From positions 33,852,001 through 33,916,000 of the forward strand of contig NC_042999.1 in the NCBI RefSeq assembly GCF_006345805.1: a stretch of DNA of 64,000 nt. The letters run 5' to 3'. Source of the stretch: Octopus sinensis (taxonomy: Eukaryota). The notes beneath the pieces were generated by a model, which saw only the letters and a list, made by a program, of their open reading frames with translations, was not told where the DNA came from and searched no databases. The position numbers were made by a program, and so were the translations under genes. The stretch's first letter is position 1. Each line of letters begins with the position of its first letter. Below, piece by piece: positions 63,881 through 64,000 of this stretch.

Positions 63881-64000
63881 TAGTTATCGCCAAGCTAATA
63901 TGGTAGTCTATAAATATAAGACTCAAGCTGCCGCTGATTAGCTCCAAGAGGCCATCGCCTCTAGCTAGCTATATGACACACGAACCTGCGTCCATTATAA

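Overview
AT-rich eukaryotic DNA dominated by repeats and dense in (TA)n/(TG)n/(CATA)n microsatellites. The SINE families and repeat landscape suggest an octopus (coleoid cephalopod) intron or intergenic region. This is inferred from recalled repeat families, not from a search. No intact host protein-coding gene could be identified, and nearly all ORFs in the track are microsatellite read-through or transposon debris. Recognisable content: several decayed mariner transposons (one with both TIRs, 8816-10263), a full-length decayed Tigger/pogo (20049-22452), a decayed hAT transposase (56.1-58.0 kb), CR1/L2-like, RTE-like and R4/Dong-like LINE fragments, at least four Penelope-like element (PLE) fragments with GIY-YIG and/or RT motifs, Helentron-type non-autonomous pieces, and more than 20 tRNA-derived SINE copies from three families. 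The most notable pattern found by reading is about 13 type I hammerhead-ribozyme (HHR) motifs on both strands. Most have a palindromic stem III (the dimer-type signature known from PLEs), and nearly all lie about 40-220 nt 5' of a microsatellite. Three fold essentially completely (44445-44527, 61670-61733, 37855-37894). Two sit in 415-438 nt partially tandem units that resemble retrozymes. Several share a U4C core variant, and a 321-bp palindrome folds back within 3 nt of a predicted HHR cleavage site. All folds were derived by eye and none has been tested for activity.
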